Positions 1 to 42,499 of a stretch of 64,000 bases of DNA are shown in pieces. Source of the DNA: Flaccisagitta enflata (Eukaryota); the NCBI GenBank assembly GCA_965153355.1, contig OZ231126.1:13764001-13828000 (forward strand), in the 5' to 3' direction. The position numbers and the translations under genes were made by a program. Position 1 is the stretch's first letter; each line of letters opens with the position of its first letter. The notes below the pieces were generated by a model. That model made no database searches. It was not told where the DNA came from and saw only the letters and a list, made by a program, of their open reading frames with translations.

Positions 1-878
1 CCAATCTGGCAACTGTAGGTCCAACTGTTTTGAAGTAAGTGCAATTTAAAAAAAAAAACTTCTATGAAACAAAAATCATTGACAGTAAATATTCATTTTA
101 CTTCAAATCCATGTTGTGGTCAGAGCAGTAAAATTTTTACATAAAATATCGGAGCTCAAGAGCTCTATGAATTTTTCTTCAAAATTGTTTTCTCATTTTT
201 AGAATCATAATGGCATCGTTTTCTTATACTTCATTTGATGTGAAACGCCCTGTAGATAAATGAGCTAAGCATCTTTTTAGTCGCACAACACTCTTCTTTC
301 TTCTTTCTTTCTTATTTGGGCAGCAGTCCAAAACGGCCGATGTCCTGTAGAACACAGGGGTGAACCGTCATGTATGTCCAGTCATCCCCCCTAGGACTTA
401 AGACCCAAATATCAGCCTCAAGGCCTAAATCCCAGCCTAGAGGCCCAAATCCTAGCCTGTTGTGTGTTGGGCCAATTCCCAGCCTAATGGCCCAAATCTC
501 AGCCTGATGACCAAAATCGCAGTCTGGAGACCCAAATCTGAGCTTTGAGGCCCTCTTAGCCATTAGGCTCAAATCCCAGCCTTTGAGCCCAAATCCTAGC
601 CTGTAGGATAAAAATCCTGTGTCCAGGCTCAAGCCACAGCTTAGTGATCCAAAACCCCCCAAAATAATTCAAATCCTAAACCAGTCCTCACAAGCCTAAA
701 ATCAGTCAACCCTCCTGAAATCAGTCACAAACAGACAGACGTAACAGTTCACCCCTATATTCTACAGGACATTGTCTCTTTTGGGCCGCTGCCCTGCTCC
801 CGCCTCACTATCATGAAACAGAAATAAAGCAGGGCATCGGGTACCGCTGGCCATATGCTATCCTTGGATGACTTATTT

Positions 879-941
<63 letters not shown>

Positions 942-1054
942 CTCTTTCTCTATTTCACTCATTACTCATTACAGTCTCTATCACTATCTTGAAACAGAAA
1001 TAAAGCAGGGCATTGGGTACCGCTGGCCATATGCGATCCTTGGATGACTTATTT

Positions 1055-1101
<47 letters not shown>

Positions 1102-1102
1102 C

Positions 1103-1141
<39 letters not shown>

Positions 1142-1162
1142 CTATTTCACTCATTACTCATT

Positions 1163-1269
<107 letters not shown>

Positions 1270-4113
1270 GTACTCTGTATCTCTCTGTATCTCTCTCACC
1301 CTCCCACCGACGTTTTTATTACTTTATTACTTACGCGTTTACAGTTCAGGTTATTTCCCTCTAAGTTAGCTCATATGGGTTGTGTTTTAAAGACATTCCC
1401 TCTAATTCTAAAAATACTCATTTTTGCCACAAAGATGCTAACGTCTGTCCTATGAAAGGTTAACAACTATCATTCAAACAGTGTATCAAGTGTTTTTTCC
1501 TACCTGTGATTTAATAAAAATCAATTCACTGAAAAGGCAATTAGCTGGTCAGGGGGGACACGTTCAACAACTAGAAATTGTAAAAGTACCAAAAAACAAA
1601 AAGAATTGCAAATAGAAAAACTTTCACGAACAAAAGAAAATTTTTAGTTTACGCATTTTCTTTAAAATCTTTATTTCAAAATGTTTTTTCAATTCGGTAT
1701 TTTAAGTAAATCAATTTTGAGGACAGAGAAATATTTTTTTACATACTTAGATATGCTCAAAAACTCTTCTGAGGCTCTACAAATGGTATTTGGAAAAATC
1801 GCAGTTCTGTAGCTCCTTAAGTTCCGAATGTAACTATTTTTGGACAGACGTTGTGATTTTAGAATCAACAGGTCGCCCAAGGGCAATATGTGGTCAGCGA
1901 TATCCATTGCCCGGCATTGCATGATTGTGAATTGGAGTGACAGAAAGCAGGGCAGCGCCCCAAAAGGAACAAAGTCTTGTAGAACACAGGAGTTCTTTCG
2001 TTTGTCCGTCCATCTGTCCATACCGAGGTCTGAGAGAACAGTTTTGAGGCCTGAAAGCAGATTCGCGGTCTGAGGGCTGAATTGATGGGGGAGAAGTCAG
2101 ATTTGAAGTCTGAGAGGGCAGATATGAAGCCTGAATCGGCTGTCCTGGGGAGTCCCCAGTGGAGACTAGGGCTGAGAAGACAGATTTCATGCTTGAGAGG
2201 GTAGATTTCAGCCCTGAGAGATCGGATTTTAGACCATAGTAAAGGGCTTTTAGGCCACAGAAGGCAGATTTCAGGCCAGAGAGGGTCGATATTAAGCTAG
2301 AGAGGGCAGATTTTGAGCCTAAGAGGGCAATTTTCAGACCTGAAAGGGCAGATTTCAGCTTTTAGGGGTCTGATATTGGGGGAAGAACGAACGGTCAAAC
2401 TGTGTTCTACAAGACTTTGTCCCCTTTGGGGCCGCAGCCCAAAAATTGGTATTCGCGCCACAAAGAAGAAATGTGTGAGAATATGAAAATGGAGTATCAG
2501 GGTGCTCCTCTGTAAAAAAAATTGTAACCATAATTGGTACAGATAGTAATGTTTTTATTCGTATGTGCCTTGTTTTCATAAAGAAGCTTAGTACAAAATA
2601 GTTTTCTTTTCAGATTCTGTGCCAGAATTTACCATAAAACTAGTAATTTGCACAAGATATATTATTAATATTATTAATCATTTTAACGCTTTATCAATGA
2701 ATCGGGTTGTTAGATGCGTCATCGCATCTCTTTGATAAGGTCTGTCCGTCCGTCCGTCCGTCCGTCCGTCCGTCCGTCCGTCCGTCCGTTCTTGGTTAAG
2801 CATCATGTGCAAATTATCTTGTGGCTCGTTGATGGCTACCCTATCACATGCTCGTAGGCAAGGACAATGAAGAAGATCACTATGTTACTTTCTAAAAAGT
2901 ACAAATGTTCCCACCTAAAATTAAGCACCATATATGGAAGAATGCTGCTCTCAAACAATCAAAGCCACAACAACCACGTTGGTCCCATTTCAAAAAGTTA
3001 TTGAAACTCTTTCAAATGCGACCAATCTAAGGCCGGTAGCTCAATTTATTTACGAATAGCAATCTACCACAGATGATGCCTTTTTTCAGGTGTGAACATT
3101 TGTATTTCTTAAATGGAGTTTGGGAGGGGGCAGTGAGGCTTAGCATGACAGATCAAGTCAGTCCCAGCGCTGCAATCTGAGGTAGTCTCTACTATCATGT
3201 CCGAAAAAATGTTCAAGTTGTCAAAATTTTGGGAGAGGCCTGCTTCTGAAAAAGTTGAGCTATGGACCCCAGATAAGTCCCATTTCAAAACATATGTGGT
3301 CAGCGATACCCATTGCCCTACTTAGCATGGATGTGAATTGGAAGAAGAGGAAGCAAGACAGCGTCCCTGAAGAGGACTAAGTCCTGTAAAACACAGGGGA
3401 CTTTTGTTCATTTGATCGTCTGTCCATTCTTCCATCCTCCCAGGCCCTCTCAGGCCTGGAATCTGCCCTCTCAGGCGTGAAATCTACCCTCTTGTGCCTT
3501 TAATCTGAGAGGGCAGGTTTAAGGCCTGAGAGGGCAGACTCAAAGTCTGAGAGAGCAGATTTCAGGCCTGCGAGGGCAGATTCCAGGCCTGAGAGGGCAG
3601 ATTTCAGGCCTGAGAGAGCCTGGGGGACAAATGAATGAACAAACAAACAAACAAACAAACAAAAGTCTCCTGTGTTCTACAGGACTTCGTCTCCTTCGGG
3701 GCCAATGCCCAAAAAGTTGAGACAGTTTTAAGGAATGAGCTTATTTGAGGGTCTGTAGCTTCATTCATTCAGTAGCAGCACTTTATCATAGCTATTTGCT
3801 GCGGAAGATGGTTTCCACCATGATAGGCAATAAGGTAGCTTCACTTAAACACAAAATTTTGCCCAGCATCTTGGCATGCGCTCAATCGGAGATCAACTGA
3901 CTGATCAACTATATTTCTTGTATCTCTAGTTGTTCCTCCTTTCCTCCATCCCATGAAAGAGTGAGTGAATCACCTTGAGCTATTTTTAGCAATTGACTCA
4001 CATGTGGACATTGACTGCCGGCCCGGTTCTTAAAGTAAATAACCTTATAATATTTTTAGAAATTGACTCGGAGCTGGCATCGTCAACAATTTTCATGAGG
4101 TTAAAGAGAGGGG

Positions 4114-4271
4114 TATAAAAGGAGGTGATCCGTAGCAAAGAGATGTTTGTTCATTCTGTTACTCTACAAACGTGTTAACTTTGCATGTTACAAAACAAAA
4201 TAAAAAACCATTCAAATTCAATTTCTTTTGGAAAATTCTATAATTTTTCTGTATTCGTTTCTCTCCATCAG
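4114..4271 (+). promoter_or_regulatory. Candidate TATA promoter and non-coding first exon of the asparaginase gene
   Basis: TATAAAA at 4114-4120, TCATTC Inr-like motif at 4151, strong donor CAG|GTAAG at 4271/4272, and a pyrimidine-rich acceptor at 6552 upstream of the ATG. No transcript evidence. Confidence 0.4.
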
Positions 4272-4712
4272 GTAAGCTACAAATATATGATTCGCATGTC
4301 TTTGTTTTAGGGTTGTTTTTTTTTTCATTGTATCAATAAATGATTTGAAGTGGACCAGACAAGACGAAATTGAGCAAAAGTATATTGACAAGCATTTACA
4401 ATAATTCCGTTAAAACAAGTTCATGAGGACAGCGTCAATTTCGCGTTCGCCAGAACGTTTCAAGCAACAAGGATAACAAAATTTTGGAAAAAAAAAACAT
4501 AAATGAAGAAAGGGATGGATAGACGGCTACCCCAGTCGGGTAGGCAGGAGCTGTATCAAACGTCACTAGCGCATCACTCACCTTAGTCCAAATACTGCGA
4601 AAATGAAAAAAGTTAAATGGGATGGACGGACAGATCGATCAACCAATGGACAGACGAAGCGGAGTGAAGAGTCGCGTAGCACGTGACTAAATAGCCTTTC
4701 GCACTTGGAATA

Positions 4713-5195
4713 CAGTAGATGTTGTCTATACTTGGAAATACAGGGGCCCTCATATCCTAAAACCATTTATGCAAATAAAAGATACTGTGTGAGTATAATG
4801 CTTATGTCCTATAGGGTTGACAATGGGGCATGGCAACTCTGTGGATAGAAAATCAAATTCACTATGCTTAAACAGCAGATGGAATTGGTCTAGTACTTAA
4901 CTTGCTTAACTTCAAATTTATCATGATCAGCTTATCTAAATGATCCTGGTTTGAATTCCTTTCTGGTTTTGCAAATCAAGCAAATTGATGCAGCTGAAAT
5001 TCTGTCAAAATAGTGTTTGATCATATAGTTTTATACTAAAATTTTTTTCTTTAGGTAAGTCGTAGGGCTATGCCATACCCTAATGTCAACCCCTTAGGGT
5101 CTATGCATTACACCAGCAAAATATCAGTGCCCTCATTAAACTAATAGTCAGGTTATGAGCTCCCCCGTTTTTCCCAGTCTAGACGACATCTACTG
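4713..5195. mobile_element. Tc1/mariner-type MITE
   Basis: TA-flanked TIR CAGTAGATGT(T/C)GTCTA...; a related copy lies at 25966-26457 in the opposite orientation. Confidence 0.8.
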
Positions 5196-5205
5196 TATAT
5201 ATATA

Positions 5206-5381
5206 CAGTGGAACCCCGCAATAACAGCCCCGCTTTTAAAGGTTCCCCATCAATAAAGGTCAACATTTTGAGGTCCCAAATGGTAGTTTTTAATGTGATT
5301 TCATCTCTCTTTAAAGGTTGTCCTGAGATAACGGTAAAAAATCATCAGTCCCAATGGGACCGATGAGGCGGGGTCCTACTG
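5206..5381. mobile_element. pogo/Tigger-like MITE
   Basis: TA-CAGTGGAACCCCGC ... GCGGGGTCCTACTG-TA. Confidence 0.7.
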
Positions 5382-6665
5382 TATGTATGCATTATGCAAG
5401 ATGATTCTTTTGACCTTCAAAATATAAAAAAGACGAAAAGAGAACTTTGTGACGGAGCGACAGACAGACCGACGGCCAGAGTGACGTTTAAAGTCGTTAA
5501 GCACGCAACTTTAAGAATTCTCATGAAAATCTGTAAGAAACGCCACCAAACGAAACCACAACTGCAACTGCATTTTCTGACTCAAATCGTTTGAAAATGG
5601 AAAGAAAATCAGAATTGATATTCCAATTGAAAAATGGCAGAACCTTTTCCTCTAGTTTTTGATAATTTTTGCTCCTTTTTTTCCATTTTTCCAATAGCCT
5701 AAATCCAGTTGAAGATGTTTTTAGTCGCGTGCTACGTGACCCCACCTCGCTATGTCGGTCCGTCGGTCGGTTGGTCGGTCGGTCGGTCGGTACAATAACT
5801 ACGCCGTGCAACATGACCAATTGTGGTTGCAAAAGGGAGCAAATGAAAGTTCATGGGAACACATACACTTCAAACTAAACATTTGTCTAAAAACGATTAG
5901 AAAACCAATAATCAGGGGGTCGTTGAAAAGGCTTGATTCAATTGGAGCATCTGAAAAAAAGAATTACCTCCAAGCAATTTTCATGTACCATCTGTATAAT
6001 TGGAGGCCCATCTACTTGCAAAATTAATTTGGACTTGATCTGGTCGGGACGTCGTCAATGCTGTAGTTGTATTGAATATCTTTGCAGAAATTTCTCTCAC
6101 AATTACAGCAATCAATTCTATACAACTACAGCATTGATAATGTTCTGACTAGATGAAGTCTAAATTGATTTTGCAAGCAGAAAGACCTCTAATTCTGCAA
6201 ATGGAACACGAAAATTGCATGGAGACGAACTTTTTTTCTAAAGCCCAAGATGAGCTCAGCCTACAGTTGAAGCCTACCGAGTGCAGAAACAGAACTTGAG
6301 AGATCTATTTGAAATCTCTTTACAGTTAAGTAAACTAATTCTATTTTTGTCAATCACTCGTGGTCATAGGCACCTTGAGGGCTGTTGCACTAAAACTTTT
6401 ATGCGTTGTGAGAAGATTTGCAAATGAAAAACTGACAGAGGAACCTTTAGTGAATAGTGTGACTGATAGTTTCTAAGTTTCATGTTCAGGAGTCAGAACA
6501 TCATTGATCAATTTCCACTTCGATTGTTTTTCCTTGCTTTCCACTATCTCAGAAAAAAATTCAATCGGTAAAAACATCAACTGTGATCGTAGTCAACATC
6601 AACATCAATATCAATCGTAATTTTGTGTTGGAATGAAACCAACAACAACAACGACAACGACAACG

Positions 6666-16218
<9,553 letters not shown>

Positions 16219-16530
16219 ACAACATCATTGGTCAGGTGCTGAATGGCTACAGGAAGCTTACCAATGATAATTGTATTTTGATGCACCTGTGTCTGAAAAA
16301 AAAAATCATATTATTATTCGAAATCATAATATGACTGAGTTTTAAAGCTTTTGCTAATTCTCATTGTTCATTCATTGATTAGCATCATACAAAAACTATT
16401 TGTATTGATTTTTTAAACATCATACTTCTACATAGCCTATACACCTAGTGATGATTCTTTTTTGTACAATAGCATCATACAATAATCACCAGTGAGCTTA
16501 CCAAGCCATTATACATAAGACTGATCATTG

Positions 16531-16536
16531 AATAAA
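16531..16536 (+). promoter_or_regulatory. Candidate polyadenylation signal of the asparaginase gene
   Basis: AATAAA about 310 nt after the stop codon; a second AATAAA near 16580. Confidence 0.45.
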
Positions 16537-17880
16537 GATTCAAAAAAAGAGCGAACGAGATTTTAGGACCATCCACCGTAATAAACACTTATAATTCATT
16601 TTGTTTTCCAACTTATGTCGCGTCTCGACGATTCTCGTTTTGTATTTTCTAAGTTCTTTGTTTCTATGTTTATATGTTCTGCGTTTGTCGCGCTTTGTTA
16701 ACTTTTACTAGTTAATTAACCAGGTAAATCGATGAAAAAAATTTACCATGTCGTCAACTGTGATATGATTTACAAGTGGTGTTTTAGTCGCATGCTAAAG
16801 GACTCATCACTCCGCTTCGTCGGTCTGTCCGTCGGTCAACCGTTTTCTTTTTTGGCGCTTACGCCCAAATGTCCAAGCCCTTGCCCCTGCCCACCTGCAC
16901 GCGACTGGGGTAACCGCGTACCGTTCTTGTTCTGAAAATGTCTCGCTTAATTAGATGGGAGAGTGTCAGGTCTCACCAAAGAGAATTTTCACGATCGCTT
17001 TCTATCGTTGTATCCAACATACTGGGAAGCCTGCATGGCTTCTTACTTGTGTTAATTTTATGTAATATCTCGTATTACAAGTTCAGCTCAATCGATTTAC
17101 GCTCTTTAAAATGCGCTGTTGCAATACTTCTGCCAACGAATAAACTAGAATCGATTTTAATTAGTATGTTTCTTTCTCGTTTGTATCCTTCCATGACACC
17201 ATGACTCGGCCTCCTTGCTGGCAACAACTTTTGCAATTGCTCACATGGTGGATTTGTAGTTATTTCTTCCATTGTTGTCTAGTTGACTCGACTTCATAAT
17301 CTACTTTCTCTGTCGGTCGGTCAGTTGTCCGTCCGTCTGTCTGTGCATCGGTCCATCGGTCTGTGTGTTGGTAACCCTTTGCTTTTAAGTCGCGTGCCCG
17401 AGACCCGCACTGTCCATTGGTCGGTCGGTCTGTCCGCGTTAGCTTTTTCGGCCTTACAAGGCGGTTTTTACGTTACTGCTCCTGCCCAAATGCTTGGGTT
17501 GGTCTTTTTTATCAGTGCCCCTACCCACCCGCACGTGACTTTGGTAGCCGTATATCCGGCTTAGTTCAGTTTATGCTTCACTGCCCCTGCCGAAATATTT
17601 GGTTTGCCTATTTCATCTTTCTACAATAGGATGTGACCCTAGGTAGGTAGGGAGTACTTTTTTTTTTTTTTTTTTTTTGAAAACGCAAAGTTACCTAAAA
17701 TAGTGATCTGCGCACTGCTGCACCCACTCAACTCCAAGCGACTAAAAGCTCCCCATTTGTCATATCCGGGTTTGTTTTTTTTTTTTTTTTTTGTTTTTTT
17801 TCAGAACTCATCTAAGAGTTGTATTAGAATCCATGGTATCCAGAGTATGGATCACATGACCAATTGATACCATTCATTTG

Positions 17881-17886
17881 TTTATT
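17881..17886 (-). promoter_or_regulatory. Candidate polyadenylation signal of the CCDC83-like gene
   Basis: TTTATT on + (AATAAA on -) about 300 nt downstream of the TGA at 18183. Confidence 0.45.
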
Positions 17887-18182
17887 CACAATTCATATGA
17901 ATGCCGAACTTGTTTCATGTCTAAGAGCACAATTTAGATTAGCGACGGCTTTCATCAATTTCTGAGTTCTGAGTTGTTAGTTCATTCGTTTGTCAGTTCA
18001 TCTGACTGATGGGTTCCATTCCTTTCTTGTGAGTACAATTCATATGACAGAGGGGTTCCATTCGTTTCTGAGTTAATATGACTGACGGGTTCCATTACTT
18101 TCTTTGCCTACAATTCATATGACTGGGGGTTTCCGTTCGTTTGTCAGTTCATATGACAGAAAAGTTCCATTCGTTTGTCAGT

Positions 18183-36603
<18,421 letters not shown>

Positions 36604-37723
36604 GACTGAGCAGATTCAACGCGTTTCACTTGAAATCAGACTAACGCGTGAGGGATAAAGTTTAAAAACGTAAATTGAAAAAAAAAGAGAAAATTAATCA
36701 TTAATTGTCGATTTTATTTAAGGACCTAGTAAAGCCTTAGTCAACTTTTTAGCGAAGAAATTCTTCCGCTTTTCTTAAGAAACATATTTCCTCGACGGAT
36801 ATGATCTTGCAGGGAAACAGTAATATGGTCCAGCGTGATTTGACACGTAGCGCCGTTCATCCTGCCTTTTTTTTTTTTTTTTTTTTTTTTGACAAATAAA
36901 GCCACGTTATGTGACAACTACGCGTCTTGGTCATAGGGTTGATCCCATGCAATCATCGTTTGCAACTGACAAACAGAGTGACCTTGAAATTCGTCCATTC
37001 TGGGGTCTGTAGATCTATGAATTCGTAACGAGCAGTACTCCTTCAAAATCGATTCAGCATAAAGAGCCAAAGCAGATTTCTTTGCACTTTCTATTAGATA
37101 TTAACATTCTTAAGCATTAGAAAGTGCCACGAATTAATCTACAGCAAAAGGGAAAAAAATTTTTCTAGCTATTTTAGAAGCAGCAAGTTACAACGACTTT
37201 TTTCTCGGGTGAGGGGAGAAGGGTAGTAGGGGAAGGGGACTGGAAGAAGAATTCAGGTTAATGAACTCATAATTTTTTTTTCATCATTTTCTTTTCACGC
37301 CTAATTTAGCTCACGAATGATAACGATGACGTCAGAAGCATCCTTTGAGAATTGAATATCATTTTCGTACTCATCTTAAAAAGAAACACTTCCTTAATTA
37401 CGTCATACTCTGTCTAAACCTTCGGTGCTTATGTGTTATGGCGTAATGAATTGAAATTGTTTTGGTGTATCATTATCAGTAAACCGCGTTAAATGATATC
37501 CTCAGCAGACCTTTAATTGATCCAAAGACAGATGAGCGCAGCGCGACTCTATATTGTAGATTGAATATTGTATAATGTTTATTGTATATTGTATATTGTA
37601 TATTGTATATTGTATAGGTCTGTCAGCTATTTTTTCCGGAAGAAAAAGAAGAAGAAGAAGAAGAAGAAGAAGAAGAAGAAGAAGAAGAAGAAGAAGAAGA
37701 AGAAGAAGAAGAAGAAGAAGAAG

Positions 37724-37832
<109 letters not shown>

Positions 37833-39377
37833 GTAACAATAGTATCAAGAAGAAGAGGAACATATTGGAAAATAGAAATGGAAACAGAAGAAGAAGATAA
37901 GAAGAGGGACAAAAGAAAAATATAAAAAGAATGAGACATCGAAAAAGAATGAGAAAAAAAAAAGAAAATGAAAAAAGATCGAAGAGACAGAATCCTTATC
38001 AATACTCAGATTTGCGTCAGAATAAAAGCTTTTCTCTCTTTGATTCATTCTTATCCGCCTCAAGGATCTGGTTTTATAGTACAAATTACGCTCTACGCCT
38101 GTGCGTGTGTATTTGAGCGTGTAGAAGGGAGGGGGGTGTTTGTCTGGGAGTCGGTCTACTAGTTGGTCGTCTGTCCGTCTGTCTGTCTGTCTGTCTGTCT
38201 GACTGTCTGTCTGCTGTCTGACTGTTTGTCTGTCTGTCTGTCTATCTCTCTGTCTATCCATCTGGCCGTCTGTCCGTCTTCCTGTCCGTATGTCTGTCGG
38301 TGTTTTGTCTGTGCGCCTCTCTGTCAGTTTGCCTGCCTATCTAGTATCTAATTGCCTTTCTGTCTGTTTATCGGTCTGTCTGAGCTCACTGCTCACGCGA
38401 TCAAATTGCAGACCTATCAGGCCGGCCTTATTTCGTAAACTCAAATCCAGCCTCGACCCCCCCCCCCAACCCCCTCAGCAACTTTTCCTCCCCTTACTCC
38501 TCCCCTGCGACTCTGCCCCCCCCAACTTTCCCTACCCCACCGCCTCCAACTGACCCCCCCCCTTAACACTTCCCCCCCCCCCGCGCCTGTTGCTTCAGAA
38601 TTACTGTTTATCGTTTTCCGGTTTATTAACCCGTCAAAAATCACACGATGTTCATCTCCAGATGTGAATCAAAAATTGACGCGGGGTCACAATATCGTTG
38701 CGGACGGGTGGGCAGGGGCATCCAACCCCCATCCTCACCCCAACCCACCCCCCACACTCAAACATACACAAAAAGTATCTAAAGCGCTTGTTTTCCCACT
38801 TTTCCACTCAATGACAGACCGATGGACAGACGGACGGACGGACGGACAAAGCCTCTTATAGAGTTGCGTGTCCGTAAAATACATATCTGGTTATCAAATA
38901 TAAAATGCCAAATGTGTCTTTAAGAGTATTTGAGTTTCGTCTCGACCATCGATGGTCAACTTTATGAGGAATTATCTCGCATATTGAGCCTTCTAAGGCG
39001 CGTGGAACGGCATAAACACTTTGATACAACGCGTGCTGTGCTAATCTAACATGTGCACAAAATTTGGTAGAATTTCGGTAAAGCATGCAGAAAACATTTC
39101 TATCAGATATTTATTTCCAGTTGCGGACACGCAACTCTATAAGTGGCGTTGTCCGTCCGTCTGTAAGTCCGTCCGTCCGTTCGTTGGTCCATTGGTCTGT
39201 TGGTCCGTCCGTCTGTCCGGGGTCAACGAGTTGAAAAGTGGAAAAACGAGTGTTCTAGATACTTTTGTATGTTTGTGTGTGGGTTGGGGTAGGGATGGGG
39301 GTCAGACGCCCTTACCCATACGTCCGCAACGATATTGTGACCCCGCGTCACTTGCATGATAGAATAAGGGTCGATTA

Positions 39378-40055
39378 TCGGAAAAAAAGTCGAGGTCAGT
39401 CTTTGAAGTTTTTACATATTCGAGAGAAACACAGTTTTCATTTTCTTATTAGAAAATCTTGGAACTCAACTGACTGATTGAGCCCTCCAATGAAATGGAT
39501 AGGGTAAGTAAATTTGATAATTCTCTTTCATTTGGCACCAAGCAGCATGCTCTACAACAAGTAGTTTTTGCGTTATGATTATTTAAAGATTTATCTATGA
39601 AAATTCAAATTGAATTTTTGTTTTATTTTTTATGATTTGAAGCAGGATCAGTAAAGGAGTGTATTTATGTTTGTTTGAGCATGCAACTTTATGAAAACAT
39701 GTTTATGAGCAGAGCTGCTCATTTGCTAGGGTGTTTTTAAGCATTCTAGCTCATTTAGCTCATTTAGCTCAGTCTTTTCTTCTGATTTTAAATAGAATAA
39801 ATAAATAAATGTTTTCATTGAACATGCGAATACAAGAAAACATATCAATGAGCATAGCTGGATATTCGGTTGAGTGATTTTGAGTATTTTAGCTCATTCA
39901 GCGCATTTAGCTCAGTTCTATTTTTCTCTGATTTTCAGTGCAATACAATTGCTTTTGATTCTAACAAGTAACAAAATTTGCAATAACCCAAAATAAAGTG
40001 AAAAGTGATTAATGCTTACGACTTTTTTCCTCACGGCGACAGCCGCCATTACTGG
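39378..40055 (+). mobile_element. Non-autonomous Helitron (family C), uninterrupted ~680 bp copy
   Basis: Termini A|TC ... CTGG|T; 3' hairpin GGCGACAGCCGCC; subterminal inverted repeat GGAAAAAAGTCG / CGACTTTTTTCC; internal GCTCATTTAGCTCA-containing repeats; three copies in the window. Confidence 0.75.
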
Positions 40056-40775
40056 TATTGTTCAGATATTTTTGAATGCCCATCGGTGGATAGGCAGCAA
40101 AAATCTGCTAATGGAGATCCATAACGGGCAGGAAAGTTCTATTTGCACAAGTCTTTAACTTTAACTTTATGTTTAAGATATTGGTGTTAATGGACAAATA
40201 CTAATGGCATAAGTGGCAATAGATTCTTGATTGCCTTTGCAGGTTTTTTAAGACGCTCAGACCAGATTTTGGACGGTATGGTTGCAGTTGTCTTGTTTGA
40301 TTGATGTACAACATTGTTCTGATTGTTTAATGTTCATGAACCACATTATGATAACAGTTTTAATATCTTTCTTGGTTGTACATGATTGTATGATTACTTT
40401 TCTATGCTGGTAAAAAGCCAGTGTAATTGGAAAGTATGCCAAAAGAATTACGCATTTTTGTGCGATCCAGGGAAGTTTTCAAATCTTTTCATCTTCTCCA
40501 TCTTACGAGAAGAAAAACCTCGCACAGACGTAAAAGGAGCGAAGCTTAGTTACTTCCTCCAGTACTACGTCTGGGCCTCGAGGCGTTATCAAGAAAGGAA
40601 GAATCACAACAGATTTCAACTGGAGACATCCGTCCTTTCTGTAATATCGCACATCGTTAATCGTTTACTCATTACAAACCCGCAACCATTCAGGATGTGG
40701 CAATTCGTGGTATGATCTGACTGGTGCCCGATGAAGCAAGTCTGATGCAAAACACTCCTCGTTTGCGTTAATTCA

Positions 40776-41998
40776 TAACAGGTCGCCCAAGGGCAATATG
40801 TGTTCGGCGATACCCGTTGCCCTGCTTTGCATGGTGGTAAATCGGAATGAGAGGAAGCAGGGCAGCAGCCTCAAAGGGGACTAAGTCCTGTAGAAAGGGG
40901 ACAAAGTCCTGTAGAACTCAGGGGGATTTTCGTTCGTCCGTCCATTTCTCGGTCCGTCCGTCAGTCCCACCCAGGTCCTCTCAGGCCTGAAATCTGCCCT
41001 CTCAGGCCTGAAATCTATCCTCACAGGTCTGAAATCTGCCCTCTCAGGCCTGAAATCTGAGAGGACAGGTTCCAGGCCCGAGAGGGCAGATTTCAAACCT
41101 TAAAGGGCAGATTCAAGGCCTGAGAGGCCAGATTTCAGGCCAAAGAGGGCAGAGTTCAGGCCTAATAGTCGCAAAAGCGTTAGATGGTCAGCGGTACCCG
41201 TTGCCCCTATGTGAGTTTATGTGGGTGTGAGGTGGTTAGAGGGGCAGCGGCCCCGAAGGGGCCGATGACCTATGCAGTTTTTATTGCAGCTGGGATGTGA
41301 GCCTCCAGACTGGGATGTGAGCCTCGGGGCTTGAATTAGGCCCCTAGGCTAGGTTTTGAGCCTCAAGACCAGGATTTGAGCCTTGAGACTGGGATTTGAG
41401 CCTTGGGACTGGGATTTGAGCCTCGAGACAGGAATTTGAGCCTCGAGACAGGGATTTGAGCCTCAAAACTGGGATTTCAGCCTCAAGACTGGGATTTCAG
41501 CCTTGAGACTGGGATTTGAGCTTCGAGACTGGGATTTGAGCTTTGAGATTGGGATCTGAGCTTCGAGACAGGGATTTCAGTCTCAAGACTGGGATTTGAG
41601 CCTTGAGACTGGGATTTGAGCCACGAGACTGGGATTTGAGCCTCGAGACTGGGATTTGAGCTTTGAGACTGGGATTTGAGCCACGAGACTGGGATTTGAG
41701 CCTCGAGACTGGGATTTGAGCCTCAAGACTGGGATTTGAGCCTCGAGACTGGGATTTGAGCCTTGAGACTAGGATTTAAGTGGGGGGGGGGTACACTGAA
41801 AAGGGAGAAATTTCCCCCTATGTGAAAGCATAGGTCATCGGCCCCTTCGGGGCCGCTGCCCAAAAGGGCAGATTTAAGGCCAGAGAGGGCGAATTTCAGG
41901 TCTGAGGGGGCCTAGGGGGATTAACAAACGGACGAACAGACAAACAAAAGTCCCCCTGGGTTCTACAGGACTTTGTCCCCTTGGGGCCGCTGCCTAAA
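40776..41998 (-). mobile_element. HINE-like family B element with 21 bp minisatellite, containing a nested relative with a 20 bp minisatellite
   Basis: GGGCAGCGGCCCC-type inverted ends, GTCCTGTAGAACACAGGGG motifs, (CCTCTCAGGCCTGAAATCTGC)n and nested (GGGATTTGAGCCTCGAGACT)n at ~41360-41780. Other copies at ~316-875, 1866-2445, 3295-3715, 21228-22470, 22560-23350, 25465-25875. Confidence 0.7.
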
Positions 41999-42222
41999 AA
42001 CAGGGCTGTATAATCTTGCGTCAGACCTCCTTCTCTTAGAGCTGATAGGGTAGGGTCCAAGACTCAGTTTTTAGACTGGGAGCCATACGGTGGGGGTTTT
42101 AGTGTACGAAGGGATTGATGCGATGAAGGACCGGCTGATACCAGAAGAGGTCTAGTTTGGCACTTCACCGGCACTTAAAAACATCGGACCCAAATAGACG
42201 TCATTCTGGGTCTAACAGAAAG

Positions 42223-42313
<91 letters not shown>

Positions 42314-42434
42314 TCCAGTCAGACAAACAGAGAAACAGACATAGAGACGGACGAAAAAAAACAAACAAACAAACAAACAAATCAACAAACAAACAGTCCG
42401 ACAGACAAACAGTCCGACTGTCAGACAGACAGCC

Positions 42435-42499
<65 letters not shown>

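Noticed and set aside
40386-40715. 109 aa non-repetitive ORF
   Set aside because: No recognisable motif and no consistent splice partners.
41360-41780. Regular 20-21 bp repeats as a possible CRISPR array
   Set aside because: Head-to-tail units without unique spacers, inside a transposon, in eukaryotic DNA with no cas genes.
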